Shown piece by piece: positions 38,557 to 47,743 of a DNA stretch of 49,280 bases. The position numbers were made by a program, and so were the translations under genes. Positions within the stretch are counted from its first letter, which is position 1; each line of letters opens with the position of its first letter. Source of the DNA: a virus; the UHGV virus genome UHGV-0151084. One strand, 5' to 3'. Below the pieces are notes generated by a model. It ran no database searches. It saw only the letters and a program-made list of their open reading frames with translations, and was not told where the DNA came from.

Positions 38557-38748
38557 ATGACAAACCTACCCCATGACTATTACGTCAACCTCGTAAAGAT
38601 CCTTCTCAAGAAAGCCTCATACGCCGATAAATTCCGCCTGGCTGAAATCATCGAGCGCGAAGCTATGCGCATCGCCAGCAACGATAACGCTGTTTCTGAC
38701 GCAAAAATCTCCCTCGTAACCAAAGTAGTTATGGGAGGTGCAAAATGA
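38557..38748 (+). CDS. Small protein translationally coupled to antirepressor
   Basis: ATG 38557 with GGAG RBS; stop overlaps antirepressor start (ATGA). Confidence 0.4.
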   Translation: MTNLPHDYYVNLVKILLKKASYADKFRLAEIIEREAMRIASNDNAVSDAKISLVTKVVMGGAK

Positions 38749-40013
38749 AAACGCTTCCGACCGTTAACACCCTACAGCCTATCCTGCATAACCAAATCCC
38801 TGTCATTACTACCGAGTTACTGGCACAGCTTTACGGCGTATCTCCTGTACGCATTCGACAAAATCATCATGAGAATAAGGAACGCTTCATTGAAGGTAAG
38901 CACTACTTCAAAATTGAAGGTAACGAACTTCGAGAGTTAAAGCACAAAGTGACTCAAGATAATGATGTGAAGAACAAAAACTCTTTAAGAGATTCAGTTA
39001 ATGACGCCCCCTCTAAAAGAGAGAGCGACGAGCACAGAGTAGTTTTAAACTACTCTGTTAACCACAAGGTAACTAAAAGTCACTCTGTGAAAATCGCCCG
39101 TAACGTTCGCTCCCTCATTCTCTGGACAGAACGCGGGGCTGCACGTCACGCCAAAATGCTTGAAACTAACCAAGCGTGGGATGTGTTCGAACGGCTGGAA
39201 GACTGCTACTTCAACCAGAACGCGCAAACGGCCGCGACCGTAACCGTCTCGCCAAACAATGCTCGTGAGGTTGTCGATACGCTCAACGCCAAACCGATGT
39301 TTTACATTAAGGTGTGCAATAACGAGCCACTCACAACCTCGGCCGATGTTGCCCAGGCATTCAGCACCACAAACAATTCCATCGTTATGGCCATCGATGC
39401 GTTACGCATTCCTCGCACAGCTGCGGCGCGTCATTTCTTTAAAGAGCAACGACCGTTGGAAGGAAGCGACCGCGAAATAACAATCTATCGCATGACAAAA
39501 GACGGATTTACCTTGCTCATGGAGAGCATCGACGGTCCAGGCGTAAAAGATATCAAGCTGGCCTACATTGAAGCCTTTAACGCTATCAGCAGCGTGTTAA
39601 AAACACAGTACGAGCGTGATCTGGCTAAACGACTGTACCAAGAAAAAACGATTATCCGCGCGGCAACAGAGCATAATCGGCTATTAACGGAACCGAACTA
39701 CCGCAAGACACTAATCAAAGAGTTTGACAAGGCGACGGAGAAAACTAAAGCGGCGCTAAGTCTGCCAGCAATGACTCAGGAAAATGTGATATCAGCCTTA
39801 CTTCTTGATCTGCTCAGGAACGCCAGAGCACTTATCAGCTTTGACGAGGACCTGAATCCTCAGCTCAAGCTACTACCACCGACAGGCAAAGTAGTCGACC
39901 AGGCTGATCACAACAGCATACTCAGCGTTCTGGATGCAAACCTGCCAGCCAGGACACTACAGGATCTGATAAAAACATGTGCTGATAAGCTGGCACAGAA
40001 AAGCAGACCATAA
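38745..40013 (+). CDS. Antirepressor (ORF6N-type N-terminal + Rha-type C-terminal domains)
   Basis: 422 aa; N-terminal IPVITTELLAQLYGVSPVRIRQNHHENKERFIEGKHYFKIEG; central TTSADVAQAF...TIYRMTKDGFTLLM resembles Rha. Confidence 0.7.
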   Translation: MKTLPTVNTLQPILHNQIPVITTELLAQLYGVSPVRIRQNHHENKERFIEGKHYFKIEGNELRELKHKVTQDNDVKNKNSLRDSVNDAPSKRESDEHRVVLNYSVNHKVTKSHSVKIARNVRSLILWTERGAARHAKMLETNQAWDVFERLEDCYFNQNAQTAATVTVSPNNAREVVDTLNAKPMFYIKVCNNEPLTTSADVAQAFSTTNNSIVMAIDALRIPRTAAARHFFKEQRPLEGSDREITIYRMTKDGFTLLMESIDGPGVKDIKLAYIEAFNAISSVLKTQYERDLAKRLYQEKTIIRAATEHNRLLTEPNYRKTLIKEFDKATEKTKAALSLPAMTQENVISALLLDLLRNARALISFDEDLNPQLKLLPPTGKVVDQADHNSILSVLDANLPARTLQDLIKTCADKLAQKSRP

Positions 40014-40017
40014 CTAC

Positions 40018-40046
40018 AAGGGGCTACGGCCCCTTACTCTTTTCTC
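40018..40046 (+). terminator. Rho-independent terminator after antirepressor
   Basis: Hairpin AAGGGGC-TACG-GCCCCTT followed by T-rich run. Confidence 0.55.
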
Positions 40047-40821
40047 TCTTATCAACACCAGAGACTTTCTGAAAATCCTTTCGAATAGCGTCAGCGTCAC
40101 GCGCCAACTCCATACTGGAACGTGTCGCCATATGACGAAAATGATCAACTGCCGGAAACAAAGAAATAATGGACCCAATAGCTTGCAGCAAACTCGCTTT
40201 TCTACGCATCATAATTCCACCATAACCGATAACCACCCTTCAGACACAACCCCCCCTCCCCCCATACAGGGTGCCCTTTACCGGAGTTCCGGCCCCTTCT
40301 CAAAAGCATCAAAAAAGCTCGAGATCGAGTACCGGAACTCATGCCACCAGATAGCTCCACATCGTTTCCAATGCTTCGCCGCCGTGTGCGCCCTGTGGCC
40401 CACAATCATGCCATTGGTCGTCTGATATACCTTCTTCTGCTCATAGAGCACAGGCGAGTTGTCGCACTCCTGCCTTTCTCAGACTCGACTTAGTTTAGAT
40501 CGCTGTTCCTAGCTTGCGTCAGCACACTTTCCCCTTGTACGCATACCCGCGCGCCACTTCGCCCAAAAACACCGAACCCAACGAAGTGGCAAAGACAACG
40601 ACGCGAGCGTGAGTCTGAAATGAGCACCAGTAAAAAAGGGGTTGCAGGCGCAAAAAGATTTGATTATCTTTAGACGCAAGAAAGCCGCCCCAATCAAGAG
40701 GTGTCTTTTTAAATCCAGCCTACCAAGCAAGATTTAAATTTCAGACTGAAAACCGCCCGGCAAGGCGGTTTTTGTCTTTCTGGCGCTTACATTACACCAC
40801 CATAAAACGATCCGTAAAGGA

Positions 40822-41094
40822 TCATTTGATCCCTTGTTCCAATTCTGCCGACACTTTAACCTTTTCCCATACAAGGGTTTGCAGCCTTAACAGAATCGCA
40901 TCTTTATCAAGGTGTGAAAGATCCTTAACCATATCGTCAAACGACAGAACGCGAATGGCCATCTCCATGACCCTCGGCGGCACCCCCTTCTCATATCGCT
41001 TATATGTAGCCAACGATATCCCAAACTCTTCGGCGGCTCGCTCCTGCGTCCAGTTCATCCCACGACGCCATAATTTCAATTCGTAACCCGTCAT
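40822..41094 (-). CDS. XRE-family HTH regulator
   Basis: 90 aa; HTH (MNWTQERAAEEFGISLATYKRYEKG). Confidence 0.55.
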   Translation of the reverse strand: MTGYELKLWRRGMNWTQERAAEEFGISLATYKRYEKGVPPRVMEMAIRVLSFDDMVKDLSHLDKDAILLRLQTLVWEKVKVSAELEQGIK

Positions 41095-41195
41095 TACATC
41101 CTCTACCTTTCCCTAGATATTCAATAAATTAGACATAGCCACTCACGACAAAATAAGATGTATTAACAATCCAATCTTTAGGCTTTAGGTAAAAA

Positions 41196-41621
41196 ATGAG
41201 TTCATCTGCTTTTGTCACCGTGGTCACTGGTGTAAGTGTTTTTGTTCTAGGCCAACTCATCGTCAAAGGAGCTATTGAGCCTTACATTTCATTCAGGGAA
41301 CAACTAGGGAAAATATCCAATCTGTTATTGTGTAACCAAGCAAAAATAGTGAATCCTGGCTCGAACTTAAAGCCAGAAATCATTCATGATCTAAAAGATT
41401 CCGCAGCACAGTTAATGGCGAAATATTCCACTTTACCTTTCTATATCAAAAAGTTACATATCGGCTTTCGTCTTGTTCCATCAGACACCGAGATTCTTGG
41501 GGCAGCTCAAAATTTGAACTATATAGCGTCAATACATGAAGGTAAGACTGGGGAGAATCCATCTAAGCATCTCGAAGAGATTGGCCATATGCTCAAAATA
41601 CCAACTACCTATTCAAGCTAA
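41196..41621 (+). CDS. Hypothetical single-pass membrane protein (AT-rich accessory gene)
   Basis: 141 aa; N-terminal TM helix; lower GC than surroundings; divergent from HTH regulator. Confidence 0.4.
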   Translation: MSSSAFVTVVTGVSVFVLGQLIVKGAIEPYISFREQLGKISNLLLCNQAKIVNPGSNLKPEIIHDLKDSAAQLMAKYSTLPFYIKKLHIGFRLVPSDTEILGAAQNLNYIASIHEGKTGENPSKHLEEIGHMLKIPTTYSS

Positions 41622-41724
41622 CCCAATGTAAGTTATCGGCTTGCCCCACAATAAGTTATCTATCTTCAAACGCCCCCTATATTAACACGCGCAAAGTGTC
41701 AAAATGACACTTTGCGCATTGTGT

Positions 41725-42105
41725 TTACTTAACGAGGAATAAAAATGGTTTATTGTTCGGCGGTGTAATCGGGGCTGGCTCGCTTTTGCTCATGCGATCA
41801 GTGTACCAGGCCAACTCCTTGTCAAAGTAAGCCTGATTAAAATAGGCCATGAATGTAGTTTCAAATCCATAACGACCGCTAATACGCAGCATCTGATTGC
41901 CGTTCTCTGTTTCCAGATATACCTGGGCACGTTCCTGATTCTCCTTCAGCCAGGTTAAAGCCTCATCGCATGAGGACACACGATACTCATCATCGTAGCA
42001 GTCATCGATGCGGCTTGAGGAAGAACGGCAAATCACGCCAACAGAACCAGCCAGGATAGTTTGAATTTTAAGGAAAGCGTTTTTGCGGATTTTAATCATG
42101 CTCAT
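41725..42105 (-). CDS. Hypothetical protein, gene behind copy 3 of the repeated promoter module
   Basis: 126 aa; N-terminal hydrophobic signal-like segment. Confidence 0.45.
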   Translation of the reverse strand: MSMIKIRKNAFLKIQTILAGSVGVICRSSSSRIDDCYDDEYRVSSCDEALTWLKENQERAQVYLETENGNQMLRISGRYGFETTFMAYFNQAYFDKELAWYTDRMSKSEPAPITPPNNKPFLFLVK

Positions 42106-42225
42106 CGGGTTATCTCCGGTTTAACCAGGGCGGGTATCGCTCGGTTTCGGGTATAACCTTAGGAAATTTTTTCCCACATGTAAAGCACTTTTTATATAAA
42201 TCTATAATTATATAATTCTGTGAGC
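42106..42225 (-). promoter_or_regulatory. Repeated promoter/leader module, copy 3
   Basis: Near-identical to copies 1 and 2; preceded upstream by a terminator at 42227-42254. Confidence 0.6.
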
Positions 42226-42226
42226 A

Positions 42227-42254
42227 CAAAAAAGCCCCTTTGCAACAGGGGCTT
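42227..42254 (-). terminator. Rho-independent terminator downstream of HigA-like gene
   Basis: Hairpin AGCCCCT/AGGGGCT followed by T6 on minus strand. Confidence 0.6.
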
Positions 42255-42268
42255 ATCATTCGTTCTGA

Positions 42269-42568
42269 TCAGATGTTAAACGCTATTCGTTTTCCTGTGG
42301 GAAGCTCAACATCCAGGCTTAATTTGCCTCCCATAGCTTCAACGTAACGCTTTAATGTCGCCAGCTTTAAATCATTTCCGCGCTGCTCCAGCTTTGTTAC
42401 TGCTGGCTGGCTTATACCCATCGCCTCAGCAACCTGTTTTTGTGATAACTGGAGTTCTTCACGCATCATCTGCAAGCCGACCTCAAGAATCATCTCATCT
42501 GCCATTTCTTTAATTCGCGCCTGGCTTTCCGGTGAACGGCTGGCAATCGCCTCATCTAATGTTCTCAT
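42269..42568 (-). CDS. higA: HigA-like HTH antitoxin
   Basis: 99 aa; HTH (LSQKQVAEAMGISQPAVTKLE); start overlaps toxin stop. Confidence 0.65.
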   Translation of the reverse strand: MRTLDEAIASRSPESQARIKEMADEMILEVGLQMMREELQLSQKQVAEAMGISQPAVTKLEQRGNDLKLATLKRYVEAMGGKLSLDVELPTGKRIAFNI

Positions 42569-42921
42569 TACTTGCTCTCCAGTGTGTTCAGATGTGCTGC
42601 AAACTCATCCTCAGCTATACGCACCAGTTTTTCATAAAACCGCTTATCGTTACTTTTGTCTCCTGCACAAAGAACGATGGCCCGGCGAATCGGATCGAAC
42701 GCATAAAAGGCTCTTATCGGACGGCCAGAAAACTGAACGCGAAGCTCTTTCATATTTTTGTACCGAGAACCTTTTACGGTATCGGCATATGGCCTAGGTA
42801 ACTCAGGTCCGTAAACCTGTAGCTTTTTCAAATCAGCCAAAACCTTTTCCTGAAGAGCGTCTTCTTGCTCATTTAGCCAGTCGTCAAATCGCTGGCTAAA
42901 AAGTACCGTCCACATGCTCAA
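42568..42921 (-). CDS. higB: HigB/RelE-family toxin (addiction-module killer)
   Basis: 117 aa; toxin-upstream-of-antitoxin arrangement; C-terminal region resembles RelE/ParE-superfamily killers. Confidence 0.65.
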   Translation of the reverse strand: MSMWTVLFSQRFDDWLNEQEDALQEKVLADLKKLQVYGPELPRPYADTVKGSRYKNMKELRVQFSGRPIRAFYAFDPIRRAIVLCAGDKSNDKRFYEKLVRIAEDEFAAHLNTLESK

Positions 42922-43159
42922 TCCTATAACCTGTAGTTTATATCACTAACTATATAACCTGTGAGTTATAATTTCAAGAAAAACGGGGCTATTTAACATA
43001 ATGGACGTTATCGGCACCACCGGATCACCGTTCATTGTCGGATCTAAAAAATCCGCTCAAAAGATCATGTTTTCCTGGGCGTTTTCCACCGTTTTTTATG
43101 TTGCTTATTTGTTAATGAAATCTCGTTTTCAGTTTCGCCTCATTTTCGACGCGAAAGCC

Positions 43160-43450
43160 CTATTTTTGTGACTTTACTCCTGGCATATGGACTTCCCAGC
43201 GACGAATCCCCATAGCTGCGCAAAAATCAGCCACATAATTCAATCCCGCCCATTCGCGGATACCACCACGGGCTTTTTCAATGAAAACGGCAATCCCTTT
43301 TTTATTGAGAGCAAAAAGCCGCCAGCTTTTTGTCACTTCGTCCTGGGTAGCCACAACACAAGTGAAAGCTCCCATGCGATACAGGTCCAAGAACTCTTTG
43401 CGTGTTTTGCGTACAAGTTCCATAACAAACCTCATATTTGCATGTTTCAA
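43160..43450 (-). CDS. Hypothetical protein
   Basis: 96 aa ORF. Confidence 0.35.
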   Translation of the reverse strand: MKHANMRFVMELVRKTRKEFLDLYRMGAFTCVVATQDEVTKSWRLFALNKKGIAVFIEKARGGIREWAGLNYVADFCAAMGIRRWEVHMPGVKSQK

Positions 43451-43746
43451 ACATCTGTTTTGTTATCAATGAAGATTAACCCTAACCCAGCGAAGTAACA
43501 CAGCAGCGCCCAGGCTGCATACGGAATGCTGGATCTGGATGTGGACTCCTTTAACATCTGCCAGTTGCGAACATTGCGACTATCTTTTAAGCCTAGTTTT
43601 TTGGCCAACTGCGAGCCGCTCATTCCGGTCAGGCCAATGACTGCCCGAACTTCTCCACATGTAGGAGATTCCCATTCATCCGCTTTTTTTAAACAAGCCG
43701 GATTCAACATTTTTAAAACAGTATCTTTATCCATAACCATCTCCAT
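43447..43746 (-). CDS. Putative HTH DNA-binding protein
   Basis: 99 aa; HTH-like GMSGSQLAKKLGL, hydrophobic C-terminus. Confidence 0.35.
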   Translation of the reverse strand: MEMVMDKDTVLKMLNPACLKKADEWESPTCGEVRAVIGLTGMSGSQLAKKLGLKDSRNVRNWQMLKESTSRSSIPYAAWALLCYFAGLGLIFIDNKTDV

Positions 43747-44227
43747 TTATTATATCTACGATGGTAGGAAATCTTTTCCTATGTGGCAATAGAAATTTAC
43801 TACATTGCGTATAAGACAAGTTTTCTATGTCTAATAGGACATGATGTTTCTTACGTTTTATCGCGTTCTGATGGCTACTGTGTGCGTATTTATCGACGTT
43901 TATTGATAAGGCTCGCCCCTTCCTCCTGCAAAGCCCGGCCGTAGGCCTTATTTCGGCCTTATATAAATTGATTTTGTATAGTTCGAAACGCGCCGTTTCG
44001 AAAAGGATGATCAGGCTGCTCCATGCCTCCGGCAAGTGCCGGAGGAGGTATATTTGAGCGTAGCGACTCGAACCGGCGCGAGCTTTAGCTCGCTGCAAGG
44101 GCGAACATATTCACAGGCAAAGCCTGCGTAAGTTAAATAAAGAAAGTCTTAATAAAAGAAAGTGATTTTGCATTTATTTGTTTAGTGCATCTATTATAAA
44201 AAACCATTTGCATATACATATCAAAAC

Positions 44228-44236
44228 TGTGGATAA
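44228..44236. promoter_or_regulatory. DnaA box (TTATCCACA on minus strand) within putative oriR downstream of repA
   Basis: Perfect consensus 9-mer in AT-rich region 44150-44300 about 140 bp after repA stop. Confidence 0.5.
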
Positions 44237-44377
44237 CTTTATTAGCCGATGCCTGTAAAGGCGATATTTTTGCTGTGTTCAGGTTTAGAGAAAATTAATT
44301 TAGATTGTTTTTTGAACAGATATTTTATTGCGACGTAGATAATCCTCCGGTAAAACCGGATTCATCATTCAGGTGGG

Positions 44378-45226
44378 TTAATGTTGGAGTGATTTCCAAG
44401 TCTTTCTTAACCTGTTATAACGCTGCTCAACGAGGGATCGTAAATATGCAAGGTCAGCTCCAGGATACATGCCATCAGCAAATTCCTGGCTAACCTCTCT
44501 AGTGATTTGATGACGAAGTTCGGCCTCTCCCTTTTCCCGAACAAGACGCGCAGCTCTCTCCGCTGCTTTCTGTTTTGCCTTTATCTCTCTGGCCGTCTTC
44601 CTCTGACGCCATACATTCTCCATCTGCTCCTGAATAACAATACGCTTATAATCAGCCTCCGTTATCGCTTTTTTAAGCCGTTCGCTATTCTTCGCATTGA
44701 AGTAATTAAGTTTCTGGCTAACCGCACGTCTCCATGCTTGTTCAGTAATACCAACGGTTTCCAGCAGTTGATCACGAATCTCTATTTTCGCTGGCCAATA
44801 CTGTTTATTCACCCGATCCCAGCGACGTTCATAATCAATAAAACCTAACGCTTTCAGTTGCGACAACGCCCTTGTACAGCGCGTTATAGACTTGTTCCCA
44901 GCTTCGGATACGGTAGACAGACCGCAAAAATCAGCCAACGCCTCAGCACTGGCCAGAACCCGCTTAGAAATGATGTTTACATGGTGCAAAATCGCAGCAA
45001 TCACAGCATTAATCGCCCGACGACGATGCTCGTTTATCCGGCGTTTCCGCTCTGACGGTTGATTAACGTAGAACGCAACCTCACACGTAAGATCACGACC
45101 ATTAATGCGCTGTAAAGCATCAGATAACACCAGCGGCAGCTTGTGCGTATGGTGCTTTGGAGGCTGGAACTCCGGCGACAAATTACAAACGTAAGCTGAA
45201 CGTAGAGACGGCATTGGTCTATCCAT
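44378..45226 (-). CDS. repA: Replication initiator RepA, IncFII (RepFIIA)-type
   Basis: Central region LSTVSEAGNKSITRCTRALSQLKALGFIDYE aligns with IncFII RepA1 (LATESAAGKLSITRATRALTFLSELGLITYQ); start placed at internal ATG 45226. Confidence 0.8.
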   Translation of the reverse strand: MDRPMPSLRSAYVCNLSPEFQPPKHHTHKLPLVLSDALQRINGRDLTCEVAFYVNQPSERKRRINEHRRRAINAVIAAILHHVNIISKRVLASAEALADFCGLSTVSEAGNKSITRCTRALSQLKALGFIDYERRWDRVNKQYWPAKIEIRDQLLETVGITEQAWRRAVSQKLNYFNAKNSERLKKAITEADYKRIVIQEQMENVWRQRKTAREIKAKQKAAERAARLVREKGEAELRHQITREVSQEFADGMYPGADLAYLRSLVEQRYNRLRKTWKSLQH

Positions 45227-45241
45227 ATGTTCGCTCTTGCG

Positions 45242-45348
45242 TCCACGGAAAACCAACGTATAATGGGAGTTGTCGAGGCGCCCATGGTTAATTGTTGGTT
45301 TTCCGTGGATGTCGCAAGAAGCCCGCAGATTTATCTGCGGGCTTTTTG
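45242..45348 (+). ncRNA. Candidate CopA-like antisense RNA in repA leader
   Basis: Plus strand: perfect 16-bp inverted repeat (45242-45257 / 45294-45309) then terminator GCCCGCAGAT/ATCTGCGGGC + T5, antisense to the repA 5' region. Confidence 0.45.
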
Positions 45349-45536
45349 TTTCCATATCTGGTCGCTTTCCAACCAGACACCCACAATCATAACCACGTTA
45401 CGTGGTTTTAAGAGAACTCTACCACAACACTTTCGGTCATGCACGAAGTCTCTCACTGATCGAACGATAATCCACCAGTAAAAGGATCTAAATTGGATCT
45501 CGTTTTGCGAGCATCATACTACTGGCCTAACTCCAG

Positions 45537-46091
45537 TCAATGATTCCCAGCCGGAAACCTGCGGTAAAGCGTGGATAAGGTAACATCGAAGATAATCGCT
45601 ATCCGCTTACGTGAAACACCATTCGCAATAAGCCTTCCGATCTGTTCCCATTGCTCTGGGGCCAATTTTGAGCGGCGTCCTCCTATCCTGCCATTAGCCC
45701 TTGCCACCGCCAATCCTGCACGCGTTCTTTCAATCATATTTTCCCGCTCCATCTCTGCGACTGCACTCAGCATCGTGTAGGCAAAGCGGCCAATTGAAGT
45801 GCTAATTTTTATCCCTTCCGTAATCGAAATAAACTCAATGTTGTTTGATAAAAAATGGTTAAGTAAATCAACAAGATGAATCAGAGAACGCCCCATTCGA
45901 TCCAGCTTCCAGACAATAACCGTATCGCCCGGCCGTAACACCTTCAGTAGCTTATCAAGCCCTGGTCGTTTTGATTTAGCACCGGATATTTTATCTTCAA
46001 AAATCCGGTCACATCCTGAACTCCTGAGCGCCTCCAGTTGTAATTCCAAATTCTGGTCAAAAGTTGACACCCTCGCATAACCATATTGCAT
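45537..46091 (-). CDS. Serine DNA invertase, Gin/Cin/Hin family
   Basis: 184 aa; YARVSTFDQ catalytic-serine motif, C-terminal HTH; 64 bp from gix-like site B. Confidence 0.85.
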   Translation of the reverse strand: MQYGYARVSTFDQNLELQLEALRSSGCDRIFEDKISGAKSKRPGLDKLLKVLRPGDTVIVWKLDRMGRSLIHLVDLLNHFLSNNIEFISITEGIKISTSIGRFAYTMLSAVAEMERENMIERTRAGLAVARANGRIGGRRSKLAPEQWEQIGRLIANGVSRKRIAIIFDVTLSTLYRRFPAGNH

Positions 46092-46119
46092 ACTTTCTAA
46101 ACCGCGATTGTTGCTAAAA

Positions 46120-46194
46120 GCGGGAAAAAATATCGTTCAGACGACACAGAGGCAATTCGCAAAAACCTCGGTTTACAGGAAACGGTAAACAAGG
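46120..46194. repeat. Left arm of inverted repeat flanking invertible tail-fibre cassettes
   Basis: 75 bp with 2 mismatches to the reverse complement of 49206-49280. Confidence 0.8.
46156..46181. other. gix-like recombination site B (TTCGCAAAAACCTCGGTTTACAGGAA)
   Basis: Inverted relative to sites A and C. Confidence 0.6.
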
Positions 46195-46205
46195 CTGGTA
46201 ACGCC

Positions 46206-47186
46206 GTGCAAAAGACAGGCGATACCTTGTCCGGTGGACTTACTTTTGAAAACGACTCAATCCTTGCCTGGATTCGGAATACTGACTGGGCAAAGATTGG
46301 ATTTAAAAATGATGCCGACAGCGACACTGATTCATACATGTGGTTTGAAACAGGCGACAACGGCAATGAATATTTCAAATGGAGAAGCAAACAAAGCACC
46401 ACAACAAAAGACCTGATGAATCTTAAATGGGATGCTTTGTATGTTCTTGTCAATGCCATTGTAAATGGCGAAGTCATATCAAAATCAGCAAACGGCCTAC
46501 GTATTGCTTATGGTAATTACGGATTCTTTATTCGTAATGATGGTTCAAATACATACTTCATGTTGACAAACTCCGGTGACAACATGGGGACTTATAACGG
46601 ATTAAGGCCATTATGGATTAATAACGCTACTGGCGCTGTTTCGATGGGGCGTGGCCTTAATGTTTCAGGGGAGACACTTTCAGACCGTTTTGCTATTAAC
46701 AGCAGTAATGGTATGTGGATTCAGATGCGCGATAACAACGCTATCTTTGGGAAAAATATAGTTAACACTGATAGCGCTCAGGCGTTGCTTCGCCAGAATC
46801 ACGCCGACCGAAAGTTCATGATAGGTGGACTGGGGAACAAGCAATTTGGCATCTACATGATTAATAACTCAAGGACAGCCAATGGCACCGATGGTCAGGC
46901 GTACATGGATAATAACGGGAACTGGCTTTGCGGCTCGCAAGTTATTCCCGGAAACTATGGCAATTTTGACTCCAGATATGTGAAAGATGTTCGACTTGGT
47001 TCACAGCAATATTATGGAGTGAACAACTGGCAAACATGGAATTTCCAGTGCCCGTCAGGTCATGTATTGTCTGGTATTAATGTTCAGGATACAGGGTCCA
47101 ACTCTGCCGATAATATAGCGGGCGTTTATTACAGACCCGTTCAAAAGTATATAAATGGCACCTGGTATAATGTAGCGAGCGTTTAA
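46206..47186 (+). CDS. Tail fibre variable C-terminal cassette (Sv'-like), currently not joined to the constant region
   Basis: Frame is open from 46101 through site B; first residues [15 protein letters not shown] identical to the end of the constant gene at the window start. Confidence 0.75.
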   Translation: MQKTGDTLSGGLTFENDSILAWIRNTDWAKIGFKNDADSDTDSYMWFETGDNGNEYFKWRSKQSTTTKDLMNLKWDALYVLVNAIVNGEVISKSANGLRIAYGNYGFFIRNDGSNTYFMLTNSGDNMGTYNGLRPLWINNATGAVSMGRGLNVSGETLSDRFAINSSNGMWIQMRDNNAIFGKNIVNTDSAQALLRQNHADRKFMIGGLGNKQFGIYMINNSRTANGTDGQAYMDNNGNWLCGSQVIPGNYGNFDSRYVKDVRLGSQQYYGVNNWQTWNFQCPSGHVLSGINVQDTGSNSADNIAGVYYRPVQKYINGTWYNVASV

Positions 47187-47187
47187 T

Positions 47188-47715
47188 ATGATGCACTTAA
47201 AGAACATAAAAGCGGGTAACGCTAAAACACTGGAACAGTATGAGTTAACAAAGAAACACGGAGTTATCTGGCTTTACTCTGAGGACGGAAAAAACTGGTA
47301 TGAGGAAGTGAAAAACTTTCAGTCAGACACAATAAAGATTGTTTACGATGCAAATAATATTATTGTCGCCATCACTAAAGATGCCTCCACGCTTAACCCT
47401 GAAGGTTTTAGCGTCGTTGAGGTTCCAGATATTACAGCCAACCGCCGCGCTGATGATTCAGGAAAGTGGATGTTTAAGGATGGAGCTGTAGTTAAACGGA
47501 TTTATACGGCAGACGAACAGCAACAACAAGCCGAATCACAAAAGGCCGCATTGCTTTCCGAAGCTGAATCAGTCATCCAGCCGCTGGAACGCGCTGTCAG
47601 GCTGAATATGGCAACAGACGAGGAACGCACACGACTGGAAACATGGGAACGCTACAGTGTTCTGGTCAGCCGTGTGGATACGGCAAATCCTGAATGGCCA
47701 CAAAAGCCTGAGTAA
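47188..47715 (+). CDS. Tail fibre assembly protein (Tfa, U'-like)
   Basis: 175 aa; conserved Tfa pattern (NWYEE...[14 protein letters not shown]...KWMFKDG). Confidence 0.8.
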   Translation: MMHLKNIKAGNAKTLEQYELTKKHGVIWLYSEDGKNWYEEVKNFQSDTIKIVYDANNIIVAITKDASTLNPEGFSVVEVPDITANRRADDSGKWMFKDGAVVKRIYTADEQQQQAESQKAALLSEAESVIQPLERAVRLNMATDEERTRLETWERYSVLVSRVDTANPEWPQKPE

Positions 47716-47721
47716 AAATTA

Positions 47722-47740
47722 AGGCCCGATATCGGGCCTT
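47722..47740. terminator. Bidirectional hairpin between convergent Tfa genes
   Basis: AGGCCCGATATCGGGCCT palindrome. Confidence 0.5.
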
Positions 47741-47743
47741 CTC

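Noticed and set aside
40024-40730. Short ORFs around the poly-C tract and inverted repeat 40612-40621 / 40738-40747
   Set aside because: Low-complexity translation and no RBS; the region more likely holds terminators (40750-40777) and possibly a small RNA, but the evidence is too weak to call.
24998-42225. Possibility that the three near-identical 105-120 bp elements are a CRISPR array or IS/MITE ends
   Set aside because: Copies are 7-10 kb apart, in the same orientation upstream of genes, with no cas or transposase genes nearby; a promoter/leader module fits better.
45227-45355. N-terminal 43-codon extension of the RepA ORF
   Set aside because: No RBS, overlaps the antisense RNA terminator, and IncFII RepA proteins start near the internal Met; treated as leader sequence.
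45537-46091. Small serine recombinase as the prophage integrase
   Set aside because: At 184 aa with the Gin/Hin architecture and adjacent to gix-like sites and tail-fibre cassettes, it is an invertase, not a large serine integrase.
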